Below, piece by piece: positions 12,457-25,114 of a DNA stretch of 64,000 nucleotides. Positions within the stretch are counted from its first letter, which is position 1. Each line of letters starts with the position of its first letter. The notes under the pieces are model-generated. The model had not been told where the DNA came from and did no database searches. It worked only from the letters and a program-made list of their open reading frames with translations. This DNA comes from Eledone cirrhosa (taxonomy: Eukaryota), in assembly GCA_964016885.1 (NCBI GenBank), contig OZ024740.1, forward strand, positions 372,124,001 through 372,188,000, read 5' to 3'. The position numbers were made by a program, and so were the translations under genes.

Positions 12457-13670
12457 TCATTTATTATCCACAAGGCCCGACATGTAGATTAAGATACAAA
12501 GACAGGGACAATGGAGGTTTACAATAAGCTGGAGTAAAAGTGCACAATAGCCAAACCAATTTAGCAATGAGAAAATATAAAATAAACTATGTATAAACAT
12601 AACAAAATAAAAATTTCCCAATATGGGTGGAGTGATGTGGGGGTAGTGAACCACCTAGGGGCGACTCAGGTACCCCACCAATCCTGAACCACCCGAGGCT
12701 TCTACGGCGCCCGAGGAGCGCACCCTCCCCCTCAAATTAACCTGCTTACAGGCGCATGGTCAGAGTAGACCCACTCACACGGGCCATTCTCGCCACATTC
12801 ATCAACCTTTTAGCAAATGTACTAGGGGGCAGAACTTCTCTCTTCACCCTCACCTTCCTTTCCCAGTGAAACTTGAAAAAGTTGATGAGGGATTGGCCGA
12901 AGAGAAAAGTGTCTATCTTCAGTCCTTTCAACCTGGTCCACCATACAACCCCTTTCGCAATTACCACCAGACAGAGGAATATTGCCTGCCCTTTCTGGCC
13001 AAAAGAAGGTGGCGGGTCGATCCTCACTATGGACTCAGCTGATAGCCGGATCCGTTCTACACGTGATAACAGCTGTTCGACATAATTCCATAAGTCAGTA
13101 ACATTGGACGAGTGCGTGCAGACGGTTTTGTTGCTCTGCGCGTATTTCGGGCAGGTCCGTCTGACAGCAGTTTCGTGTCTGTAGAGTTTATCTCGAACCG
13201 GCAGTGCCCCCGGTAGCACTGCGAAGCGAGGGATTTCTAGAAGTTGTCCGGAACTAGACAGTTCGACTTTGTCGACGCCCAGAGCCTCCCCGAGTCCGCC
13301 GTCGCACTTACCCATCACTAATCTTCTATAGAACTTGAGAGTGGTAGTTCCACTGACTATATTACCCGTCTGGTAGAGGGCAGTGAGTGCCTGGTAACAT
13401 TCCAGATGCTAGTCACCCAGTTTCTTCCTGACCCAGGACTGCAGCTCAGTCAAAGAGATGAGCTGCGGAAAGGCCCGTCTGACAAACGGCGACCACACCT
13501 GTTCACCGTTTATGTAGAATATCTGGAAATGCCGCAGCTTCAGTGCATGTCTGCACATCATTAGTCACGGCATGCCTAGCCATCTACGTAGAGGGTGCTG
13601 GCAGCAGATGGACCGCCTCACCAACTTAACATGTCCCCCCACAAGAATTTGAAGAGGAGCCGTTCCAACT
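12457..13670 (-). mobile_element. Tx1/L1-clade LINE 3' fragment
   Basis: GALPVRDKLYRH...IRLSAESIVRI...WWTRLKGLK...LINFFKFH, clearly homologous to ORF 49031-50668. AATAAA lies near 12460. Confidence 0.85.
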
Positions 13671-13689
13671 AGAAATAATACAATGCTTA

Positions 13690-14277
13690 CAGAACGAAAA
13701 TACAAACGAATACAATATAAAATATAAAGGAAGGGGTGGGCAATCGAGTCACTACCAGAGCAAAAGATAGCAGTATCGTGAGGAGCACTGAGAAACCTCT
13801 CTAATGATTTTTGAGGTAAGCGAGCACGCTCGCCGCGTTACCTCGGGTAATGACGAGGCTGATGCGTTGGAACAACCACGCGAAATTCACCAGTTACCTC
13901 TGTTAGGCGAGCCGCCAGTGAAGATAGGAATCTTGCAGTCAGTATCCCAACTCCCCCAAGCGTCTCGAACGCCATAGGCTGGAAAATGTAGTTGTCCGAC
14001 AGATCACAGTATTTTAGGATTTTGCTCCGTTGGGCTGCTGAAGCTGTGCCTCTTGCCTTAACAGCAGCATCCAGGATGTGGCAAGAAGCAAGAGTCACTA
14101 ACTGTGACGTCCCAAACAAGGCACCTGCCTCTCGACCAGGGGCACAGAGTAAGGCCGTTAGGTAATTTCCCATCACTCCTGGACAACCCAAATTGTTCCA
14201 AGATTGAGGGGATATTCGGCCGGGCCAAAGCTCTCTTGAGAATAAGGCTAAGTTCCGTGTGACGCGCGAAGCGAGGG
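13690..14277 (-). mobile_element. Restriction-like-endonuclease non-LTR element (CRE-type) 3' fragment
   Basis: RH..L.KRAL...IPS..E..L.RSDGK.P.G.T..PW.RGR.LVWDVT, then K..KY..L...Y.F.P.AFETLG, a frameshifted PD-(D/E)xK-type domain. Confidence 0.75.
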
Positions 14278-14570
14278 TAAATGTTTATATTTAGTTTTCT
14301 TTAAAATATTTTCATTGTTTAGAAATATTTTAAAGTGAAGATTTAAAAAAAAGAAAATTTTTGAATTAATAGGAATCTTTTCTAAGGTGAATACTTCTTT
14401 CTACTCTTAGATCATGCCTCGAGGAGGAAGAAAGAAAACATCTGGCTGGTCCATAGATAGTGGGAAGAGAGTGCGGCCAAGGAGAGCCGAAGAAGGTGAA
14501 CAAGATAGTGGTCAACACCAACAACAGATCGGGATAGGCATGCGAATAGAAGGATCGATGAGACTGATAA

Positions 14571-17500
14571 ATGGAAAGGTCAGGCTGGGGATTCTGCAGC
14601 CAGGAACTTCACAATTTATTTAGTACTGATCAACCTAGGGCAAATGAGTTCAGGAAGAACCTCAGACAATACAATTGCCTGTTCCAAATGACATCTTTTG
14701 GAGCCGAAGAAGTTCATTCCTCAAGGAGCGGATGGAATCCTTCTATCGTTATTCACGGTTAAATTCACCATTATATCGGTTCCTTAAACCCTAATCCCAA
14801 CGAACAACTCCAATTTCTTCCTTGAGGAACGAACTACTTCAGCTCCAAAAGATGTCATTTGGATCAGGCAATTTTATTGTCTGAGGTTCTTCATGAACTC
14901 ATTTGCCTTAGGTTGATCAGTACAAAATATATTGTGAAGTTCCTGGCTGCAGAATCCCCACGAACTGCAAACGAAGTTGCCGTTATTATACAAAACAGCA
15001 CAGAACTTCAAGCAAAAGCACGGCACACTGTGTTGAAAGAAAAAGGCGGACAACTTCAAATAATCTCAGAGTCCCATCGGTCCTATTACAGTTTGCAGTA
15101 TGTTCTATTTTTTTCCTTTTGCCGATGACGGATGGTATCATGAGCTATTAATGAGTAACACGAAGTTGACGCCAATGCGCTACTATGCCTATCAAATAAT
15201 TGTTTCTACGTTAGGCACAAGGCCAGCAATTACTCAGTGTATTACTGGTACTTTATTTTATCGACCCTGTAAGGATGAAAGGCAAAGTTAACCTCGGCGG
15301 GATTTGAACTCAGAATGGCAAGGGCCGTAACTCTATGCGCCAAAGCATGGCATCCGACACTCTACCAATACTGCCAATCCACCGCCATATACCTATCAAA
15401 TAATGAACCATGAGAATGAATTCAACCAACTTCTCAGAGGCGGTCGTTTATTTCAGCAACATTTGGTTGACATGGCTGAGAAGATTGAAAGAGATAGGCT
15501 TTGATACATCCGAATGAATCAAACATCATTGCGATCTACAACATACAAGGGCCCTACTGACGCATTGAATGTTGCTGACGATTTTCGCAACATCGGCAGG
15601 AGAATCATACTCCTTTCCACATTTGTCGGTGGACCGAAATATATGATGGAGCGATATCAGGATGCCATGATGTACATACGGAAGTACGGCAATGCTTCGT
15701 TCTTCATCGCAATGGCATGCAATCCAAACTGGTGCGATATCCGGCAAAACCTATTCCTGAATTAGAAACCACATGACAGACCAGATTTAAGTGCCAGAGT
15801 ATTTGACCTGAAGCGGAAACTGTTAATAAAGTATCTTACTGGAATAGATGGCTTATTTGGAAAGTAGATTGCTTACGTGCTGACCGTCGAATATCAAAAG
15901 CGAGGTCTTCCTCATGTGCACTGTTTGCTATGGCTCAATGAAGGCTTCAACCCCGAACCGCATGAATACGATAAATTCGTCCAAGCCGAAATACCATCTA
16001 AACAATGATCCAGAGGGTCATGAATTAGTGCTGAAGCACACGATCCACGGTCCGAATTGCTCTAACAATTCGCCGTGTTGGAAAGATGGAACCTGCAATA
16101 AGCGGTACCATAAGCCTTTCAATGAACATACATTGTGTAGAGAGGACTCTTATCCTGTGTACAGAAGACAGTCTCCAGGAATGGGAGGATTTGATGGGCA
16201 CCAAGAAGGAAGGGAAAGCCGAAATATATTCTTTGGAACGGGTGGTCCCAACAATATGAAACTATTAAAACTGTTCAACTGCCACCTAAACGTAGAGATG
16301 TGCTCTTCTGTGAAATCGATCAAATACGTTATCAAATATACAATGAAGGGCAGTAATCAGGCAATGTTTGGAGTGAACAGGGAAGATGAGATAACACAGT
16401 ATTTAACAGGAAGATATATCGGTCCTTCAGAAGCTGTTGTTTCGGTACTTGTATTTCACATTCATGAGAGGAAACCAACCGTACTTCGCCTTCAAGGTCA
16501 TCTATCTGAGGAAAATCAAATCTTCTTCGGGTAACTGCTGCTGTTAAAGTAAGCAATAAGATGGCTAAGAAAACTCTGACTGAGTTCATGGATCTTTGTG
16601 CTCGCGGTCCGTTTGCAAAAACATTGTATTATGCCGATGTGCCACGGTTTTACACTTGGAGTAATAAGAGATCGGAAATGATGAAGGTGAAGAAAACAGT
16701 TGAGCAGTATCCAAGGATTTTTTAGGCGAACGTTTTGTGACAAGTATACACTGTTTCTCCACGAAGTGGTGACCTGTATTATTCAAGACTCCTTTTGCAT
16801 CACGTCAAAGGGCCAGTATCCTTCAACTCTTTGAAAATGTGTGATGGAGAACTCCTGTCATTATTCAAAGATGTCTACAGAGAGAAAAGTTTCCTCCAAT
16901 CGGATGATCATTGGCAGCAGTCTCTGGAAGATGCTGAGCGAACAAGGCTTCCCAAAGCCATGAGAGATCTATTCATCGTGCTTCTCACAAATAGGGAAAT
17001 TAACAATTCCAATGCTTTATGGTCTCGATTTAAGAATTCGCTGTCTGTGGATTACTTTCAAATAGAAAAAGGGCTACCAGAAACTCTAACCTTTTGATTA
17101 GCGAGAGACATTATGATCAATGTCTTCTGTATTTTGAAGACAAACTTAACGACCTGGGCAAAAGTTTTAGTGACTTTACTTGCCAACGCCAAATAATATT
17201 GTCGCTAATCAGGATATTGGCAATTTTGAGTTATTGCATGAATTGCAATACAGCAGAGAAGAGCAGCGACGATTTGTAGAAGAGAGGGAGCCTCTATTGA
17301 CTAGTGAAGTAAGACATGTGTACGACGTCATTTGTAACAGTTTAGAGAGGAACACATCTGCATTGATTTTCATTGACGCTCCAGGTGGAACGGCGCATTC
17401 TAGGTTTAAAATACCGATAGCAGTGAAAGAAAATGGTTTTTGCAACATTGATAAAAACTCAAAGACGGCCAACTTCTTCCAGCATACAAGGCTGGTTGTT

Positions 17501-17614
17501 TGGGACGAGTGTCCTATGATTCGGAGGGAAAGCTTCGAAGCTGTTTACCTCACTCTGCATGACATATGCGACAATAATGAGGCATTCGGTGGAATTCTGA
17601 CAGCATTCTTTTGA
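14571..17614 (+). pseudogene. Helitron RepHel (Rep and Pif1-like helicase), frameshifted
   Basis: FRKNLRQYN..FQMTSFG, GGRLFQQ, STFVGGPKYM..YQDAM, CNPNW, DRPDL, VEYQKRGLPHVHCLLW (HUH), HLNVE..SIKYVIKY..KG, FIDAPGGT, AHSRFKIP, VWDECPM. Confidence 0.93.
15201..15387 (-). mobile_element. tRNA-derived SINE, family 1, inserted in the Helitron ORF
   Basis: 17-bp TSD tat(g/a)cctatcaaataat at 15184-15200 and 15388-15404. Confidence 0.9.
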
Positions 17615-18297
17615 ACAAACTGTAACAGCATAAGTATGAGAAAATATTAATTCCGACATAAAAAAATGAAAGGAAAAGGAAAAACTGAGACAAGTAATAA
17701 CAAATTCTTTCAAACTTTTGTAAATAAAACCAGTTTTTCATTAACTTCGAAATTTTTTAAGCAGAAAAATCTTTCAGAACAAACAGACAAACATCTATAG
17801 AGATACGGAAAAAGGAATTTTGAAGTGGAGTGATTGGACAGCTATTAGTGGAAAATAACTTGATATTTTCTTTGTGAATACTTGTGAATAATACTGTGAA
17901 AGGTTTCGCGTAAATTGGACCACGTGTTCCGGAGATACGCGTTTTTTTTCGGGTACCTTTATATATAAGCAAACCGGCGCATAATGGGAAAAACTTTGAA
18001 AGTAAGATACTATTGAAATGTGAATACAAACAGAATGAAACAATTTTCACGTAAATCGGAGCAAGGGTCCCGAGATACGTGGTTTTTTCGGGTACCTTCA
18101 TGAATAGAGAGAGAGACAGATAGAGAGAAAGAGATAGTGGTTCTGAGAGAGTAGATTGAAAGAAAAAGATAGAGAGGGGAGAGAAGGAGACAGAAGGAAA
18201 ATGGAAGAGACGGAAGGCTGAAATTACGACCGGTGACTTCAAAGACACGAATACACCATTAGTGTATCCTGCTAAATAGGAAGGGTTTCTAAGTCTA

Positions 18298-18329
<32 letters not shown>

Positions 18330-18759
18330 AAGTGAATATATATGTGTGTGTGTGTTTGTATATATATATATATATCGGTCGCAATTCCAGGTAGAAGGAG
18401 CAACGGGAAATAAAGTGTCTTGCTCAAGCGCATAATGCATCGCCTGATTGAAAGAGAGACATAGAGAGAGAGAGAGGAGACAGAGAGAGACAATGGAAGA
18501 GGGAGAGAGAGATCTGGTGGTATTGCTGTGTATATGTATATATGTGAGTGTGTGTGTGTCTATGACCAGAGTATATAGATCACAGACACCCACATACACA
18601 CATATATATATATATAAAATATGTTGAAAAGGTAACACACTAGAGAGAGATATAGTGCGCTATCAATAAAACAGGGAAAACCACCAGTGTATGGAATCTA
18701 TAACCTATGAAAGTCAAAGTATAGACACGGCGAGACCCTTTGGCTCCGTTAATGTATCA

Positions 18760-18816
<57 letters not shown>

Positions 18817-19025
18817 TGCATATATATGTGTATACAAATACATACATATATACATACACACACTTATATATATGGGCCTTCCAGTTTCATTTCACATCAT
18901 ATAGATGTCTGTGTATATTTTAATTATTTAAAAATTATTTTTAAGTGAATATGACTTAAAAAAAATATTTTGAAGTGAACATGACCCAACGGGTCACGGG
19001 TGGTCTAGTATATATATATACGAGT

Positions 19026-19076
<51 letters not shown>

Positions 19077-19090
19077 GGGTGTTCTAGTAT

Positions 19091-19126
<36 letters not shown>

Positions 19127-19201
19127 GACTTTGAAACTTTGACAACTTTCATAGACTTTGGCCCAGGCCATGTCTAACTTAATCGATATATAGATATATA
19201 T

Positions 19202-19647
19202 ACTAGACCTGAAAAATGCGCAAGCTCAAAAGAGCCACAGAATGTTATAATAAACTTGCAAAAGTGTGGGACAAGAGTTGTTGCTAAAAAATATTGTAAT
19301 CATTATCTATCGTACACTCTGTGGCATCCTTTTATAAAAAATAGACTCATAACGAACTCAAGACGACACGATAATTATTTAAGCTAATGTTCAATATCTC
19401 ATATTAGATATTTAGTAATGATTAATACAAAATGCACTTAAACCGAATTCTATATTATAAATTCACTTAAATAATTATAGTGTTGTCTAGATTTCGCTAT
19501 GAGTCTCTTTTTTATAAAAGGATGCCACAGAGTGTACGATAGATAATGATTACAATATTTCTGAGCAACAACTCTAGTCCCACACTTTTGAAGGTTTATT
19601 ATAACATTCTGTGGCTCTTTTGAGCTTGCGCATTTTTCAGGTCTAGT
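19202..19647. repeat. Fold-back element with about 150-bp inverted arms
   Basis: 19202-19351 is approximately the reverse complement of 19498-19647. I could not recognise an intact HHR. Confidence 0.85.
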
Positions 19648-20969
19648 TTAATATTTTCTTAAGGCAACGCTTGTAATAACTCTAGTTAAACATGATATAT
19701 ATATATATTAATGATAAATTATCGTTGTAATGTAATTAGATTATATAATTGTTATTTTATAAATGATCTTATAAATATTATTGTAAGATGTATAAAAATA
19801 TTTTCAGACTTTTAATATAAACAACTACAAAAAAAAACAATCAATATTAAATAAATATATTTTACATAATAATTGTTATAGTTGAATTAATAAAAATTAA
19901 ATATTACATACAAATAGTCTAACAAAAATAATCTAACATAAAAAATAATCTAACATAACACGTACAATAATATGGACAAATATACAAGTAAATATGATAC
20001 AACCAATATTATAAGCATGTTATAACGAACTGAAAAAAAAATAGTTAATATAAATTTAAAAAAATCATATATAAATTAACAATATAACTTACCTAAACGA
20101 GAAAAATATTTTGATGATAAACGACGAAATACAGGAGGAAGATTCGAAAGCGAAACGATAAATAAACGTGCAAACAAAGTGGCGAATGCTTTTGAGCAAC
20201 ATTTATTCTCATTGGTTGATTAGCCAATAAGACGATACATTACAAAAGATGTTTGGCAGGGGTCACCACGGCCAACGAAACCCCTTGAATGTTTTATTCA
20301 CAAGCTACGCATATATGTCAGACATGCAGACTTAAAACATTCTGTGGTTAGTCACTGCGTGTCTAACAGATATATGACCATATCATGAAACTATGTAGGT
20401 ACATGTAAATATTTGGAAGTATAAAAATTCTCCAAACTTGAAAGCCCCTCAAAATAATAACATTCTACACACAAATATTAAAATGGCGAAAAAAAAAAAC
20501 GATATTGCAGCAGATAAAATATGTTGGAGTATTCTAGTTTTAAAAGGAAAAAAAAAAGAGAAGATATTCAGCAACATATATATAAAAGCAATAAATAGAG
20601 TCGTCCTTCTTAGAAGTGACCTGATATATAAAAGGGTTCAACCAATAAATTGGCTGATGAAGACTGATAATCACAAGTTTTGGTGAATATATGTCATAAT
20701 GATACGATTATCGATTTAATGACTTCATCCTATTTCGTCTTAGAATTACAACTATTGAGGAAGAATTTAGGTAATAGTGTTTTTTGTTGTCAGTTCAGAA
20801 ATAACTGAACGATTTATGGAAAATATATCTCATAGAAACTACACACAATAGAATGCATGGGGCACTTATTAAAAAGAAACTCCTCACAAAAGATAACAAT
20901 CCACTTATTATAGAAGTAGATAATGCTCACAGGCACTTATATGCCCACGCAAATGTATGTATGCATATA

Positions 20970-21085
20970 TCTTCTTCTTCTTCTTCTTCTTCTTCTTCTT
21001 CTTCTTCTTCTTCTTCTTCTTCTTCTTCTTCTTCTTCTTCTTCTTCTTCTTCTTCTTCTTCTTCTTCTTCTTCTTCTTCTTCTTC
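20970..21085. repeat. (CTT)n microsatellite
   Basis: Read directly. Confidence 0.97.
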
Positions 21086-21174
21086 TCCTCCTCCTTCGCC
21101 CACTTATTAGGTCTCTTGTCATTTGATTTCCCCCGTAAAATCTGTCCAGTGATTATTTCATGAGACATTCTAGC

Positions 21175-21420
21175 CCCACGCCCATAGTATTGGAGCTATG
21201 ATCTCTCAATTCGGAGAAGTGCTGGCTCTACCTGGAATGGTTTTCTGATCTTCGAGCTACGCACACTATCGAGTAACGTTATTCCAAAGACTCTTCGGAG
21301 GAATCCCGCTACGGCTGTTTGTATTCGCGATCGTATTCTTTCGGTAATTACTAAAAATTCATGACTATTGGTAAGGGTTGGCACGTATACCGAATTGAAG
21401 ATAGGAAGTTTGGCTTTTAC
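21175..21420 (-). mobile_element. RTE-clade LINE fragment
   Basis: PTLT..HE..VITERIRSRIQ....FLRRV.G.TL.D.VRSS.IR...VEP.LLRIERS, the typical post-RT region of RTE. Confidence 0.8.
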
Positions 21421-23249
21421 ACCTACCTACCTCCCTGCTTCTGATTACTGGATACTAAAGCTGGCGCATTGCTGCACCAGCTCCTGCAAGCGAACACTAC
21501 ACTGTTCATCAACTAGCCTTGACTCGACAGTCTCCCTGCATCTCTTTGTCAAGTACTTAGCATAGATCTCGCGAGGATGCACCTCTCCGAAGAGAGGTGA
21601 ACCTCAGACTCATTCCTGATAGCAGGTGTGTGTGGGGGACTTTCTATTACGAATTTGGCGGATGGTCTGCCAGAACACTTTATTTGCTGATCTGAAGTTG
21701 GTCGGATTCCAGCGTAACCCCAAAGTCCTCCCAATGGCATTTTATCTGATGCTCTATAAATCGTGCCAATCTATCTCACCTAGATTATATAAACAGTACA
21801 AATTAACAAATTAACATTCTATAAAGAAATGTAAAAGATCTATTTGATAAAAATTTCATATATATAAGTAATGAGAAGGAAGGTTGCTTTAAATGGTCAA
21901 CGGGTAACCAGTCTAGAAGCTGACTAAAGTAGGTCTCCCTCAATAAACGTTCAGCTTGCTTAAAATCCCAACCACAACCTACTTAAATCAAATTCTACGG
22001 TCTTAAAATATGCAGGCCATACCCTCACACTGCTTGAAAAAATAGGATGATCATATATGTTTGCTCAGTACCCACAACCCGGGAACAGATCCGGCGTTTG
22101 TATTTTGGCATGGCCTATTAAATAGTAAAAAGGTACAAAAATACCCAGACACTGTTTTAAGCAACAGCAATAGAAATATTTACAATTTGTTTAAAATCTG
22201 TTTACATGTCCCACATAGAAGAACATAGAAATCATCATTCATTTACAGATATAAAAAATGAAATAATATTTGAATCGTTTAAATAACCTCATACTGAAAG
22301 GATCAGAAAAAGCAGGATCAAAGGACACCAATGTTATTCATTTTATACTTTTCAATACGAAACAGTCAGAGAGAGATATTTGCAGATGCACATATATTTG
22401 ACAGGTATAAATCAAAAGCTAATCAATAAAATAAAAACAGACAACAAGGTTTTGTCACGTTGAGTTTTGACAGACTATATTTCATATTTCAAAATTGTGC
22501 TGATTAATAATTGGGGTTCATATCTTATTTCAAAAAGAAATCAATAAATATGCATTCACTGATACATAATCTGTTTATTGATATATATTTAAACAAATAG
22601 CAATCTGGAAAATATAGACCACAGCTAAATATACTTTAATATATTAATATGTTAGTCACCCCCCCCCCCCCCCACACACACACAAAACAATCTTCCCCCG
22701 TTTGCCAAAGGAATCAATTTTATTACTGTTGTTATTATTGAGGCGACAAACTCCCATGTGCACATAAAATATTTTCATTTTCCAACAACTACTCCTACAC
22801 AAATACAATTCAGTATCCACACTCACGAACAAATTATTACTACCCTGCCATCACCATCACCGTCAATATCGTCATCATCATGGGACACAGACATATAAAC
22901 CAATTCCTTGTCCGTTCAATTGTTTGCGAGTCTACTAAAATATGAATTCTAAAATTTGACACCTCTTAAAATCTGACACTCTTCAGCACTTCGGAATTAA
23001 CCACACTCACTGAACCATACCACTCCAATGTTTCTTCTCTTCTCTCAATTTCTGACTATCCATTCTAGGCGCAAACATTACTATGCCTAATCACCTGATT
23101 ATCAGCAACCAATAAAATTGCATTTTAAACAAATAGCAGCTTTAACCAAACACCTCTTAAAATTTGACTTTGTCATTCGCCCTACTCACTGAAACATAAC
23201 ACTCCAATAATATAATACAGTATAATATGATATAATATATATATGTATA

Positions 23250-23565
23250 TGGTAAAGACCCCCTTCTGTTACGAATGACCATGTGATTTGCACCTAGAAA
23301 GTTTCCCTCCCATGCACAAATCCGGTCAAGGCTGCATACCAGCCTCCCCTCTCCACCCCACCGATGATGTCCAAGGGAAAGGCAATGGCTGATACAGCTT
23401 GGTACCAGTGACGTCGCAACTCATTTCTACAGCTAAGTAAACTGGAGTAACGTGAAATAAAGTGTCTTGCTCAAGGACACAACGCATCACCGGTCCGAGA
23501 ATATACTCACAACCTATCGATTGCAAGCCCAATGATATAACCACTAAGCCATGCGCCTTCACATA
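23250..23565 (-). mobile_element. tRNA-derived SINE, family 2 (CORE-like)
   Basis: The minus strand has a tRNA-like head (GCATGGCTTAGTGGTTA) and TTGTGTCCTTGAGCAAGACACTT, which resembles the CORE domain. Confidence 0.75.
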
Positions 23566-23569
23566 CATA

Positions 23570-24300
23570 TCAGAGCCTTGGGAGTAATTGTGGACAACAT
23601 AAGCTGGGCCACTCATATAAACAGCAAAGTTGACATGGCCCGCAGAATATTTTCCTGGGTTCTCAGAACCTTCCAGTCAAGAGATATCCACGCTATTATC
23701 CTTCTCTTCTCCACTTTTGCCCGACCCCACCTTGAGGATTGTTGTCCATTGTGGTCTCCCCACACGAAACAAAGTATCATGAAGCTCCTCAAAGGTCAAT
23801 CACGAAAATGATAGATGGCATGTCAGGCCTTAACTATTGGGGTCGACTAGAAAAACTCAAATTTTATTCTCTCCATCGTCAGCGTGAGCGCTACATCATC
23901 TGCGTTATGAGGAAAATATTCCATCAACACTGCCCAAATGATGTTGGCTTCAACTTTAAACTACACCCAAGACTTGATCCCCGTGCTACCCACCCACAAC
24001 AAAAATCACACTCGTATCTCATAACAAAAATACGGCACAATTATTTCACCGCAATTGGCCCCAGTCTCTTTAACACTACACCAACACACATTAAAACAGA
24101 AAAAGACCCCAGAAAGTTCAAGACATATTTGGACAAATTCCTTCAAGAAATCCCGGATAAACCTCCTACACCCGGATATGTTTCCGTAAACAATAACTCA
24201 TGAGTGGGCATGGTGTCTAAATCCTGATTTGAAAGACTTCGCCAGGTGATGCTATTAGGATAGGTTTGGGCCTGGGCCAATACTGGCCAAAACCTATCAA
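23570..24300 (+). mobile_element. CR1/L2-group LINE 3' fragment
   Basis: LGVIVD..SW..HI, RPHLE.CCPLWSPH, QR..TKMI.G...LNYW.RL..L..YSL.R.RERY. Confidence 0.85.
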
Positions 24301-24330
24301 AATTATCATTTATATATATATATATATATA

Positions 24331-24690
24331 TATTTATTAAAATAACAGATTAAAGTTTAAGCAAAGAATCGCTGCTTTCACCCTTAACGGGATCTTCTGA
24401 AACTAACAAAGTCAATCTGTAAACGCAGAACTGGATATTTCAAAAAACGTTACAACCGGAGGAAGACAGGAAGACGATACTTTGGTTCGTGGTAACGTTC
24501 GCTGGCAAAGAACGGGAAAAAACGAATAATACGTCATTAATAGGAGCGGTGAAAAACAATTACGCGCAAAGACAAAACCACGTAAGGGTGAAAGCAGCGA
24601 TTCTTTGCTTAAACTTTAATCTGTTATTTTAATAAATATTTGCTCTACGGTTCTTATATATTTGATATATATTTTCCTTATCGAGCCCTC
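24331..24690. repeat. Fold-back element with an HHR-like motif
   Basis: 24331-24386 is the reverse complement of about 24583-24638. The same sequence recurs inside the Helitrons at 39466-41118. Confidence 0.8.
24354..24404 (-). ncRNA. Hammerhead-like motif with CAGAAGA core
   Basis: agttt-CAGAAGA-t ccc gttaa ggg t-GAAA-gca gcgattctt tgc-TT-aaact. All three stems pair. Confidence 0.6.
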
Positions 24691-24808
24691 TTTGGATTTT
24701 AGTCTTCAATTTTATTATTATTACTATATATATATATACACTCTCCTGAGCGTGAAGCTAATAAACATTTGTCGTACTGCCTCTCTGTTCTGTCCCTGTT
24801 CAATTTTT

Positions 24809-24871
<63 letters not shown>

Positions 24872-25065
24872 TACTTGGGGAGGGTCATATTTGTGTAATA
24901 TTGCCAGAATTAATAACAGAACACACTCACTGTTTGGTTGGTTTTCGCTTCTCGCTTCTGTGTCTTTTATATCGGTAATCTAACTTACTCGGTCCTCAAT
25001 GTTGCCTTTGACTGACCGATGGTCAAAAATAATACAGATACAATATAGACACAAACACATATATA

Positions 25066-25114
25066 TAGTTTATCATAAATCTTTCGTTGCACATCTGCAA
25101 CATCGTCAGTGGTG
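25066..25114 (-). ncRNA. Hammerhead ribozyme lacking the 3' strand of stem I
   Basis: cacca-CTGACGA-t gttgca gatg tgcaac-GAAA-gatttatgataaac-TA, then (TA)n. Confidence 0.6.

Larger units (their letters stand above)
11191..19008 (+). mobile_element. Decayed autonomous-type Helitron with nested insertions
   Basis: 5' TCTACTATAATACT, internal RepHel remnants, and 3' hairpin tgaccc-aac-gggtca followed by CTAG|T at 19005-19008. Confidence 0.7.

Noticed and set aside
20650-20700. CTGATGA followed by GAAT...GTC
   Set aside because: There is no GAAA and the stems are weak.
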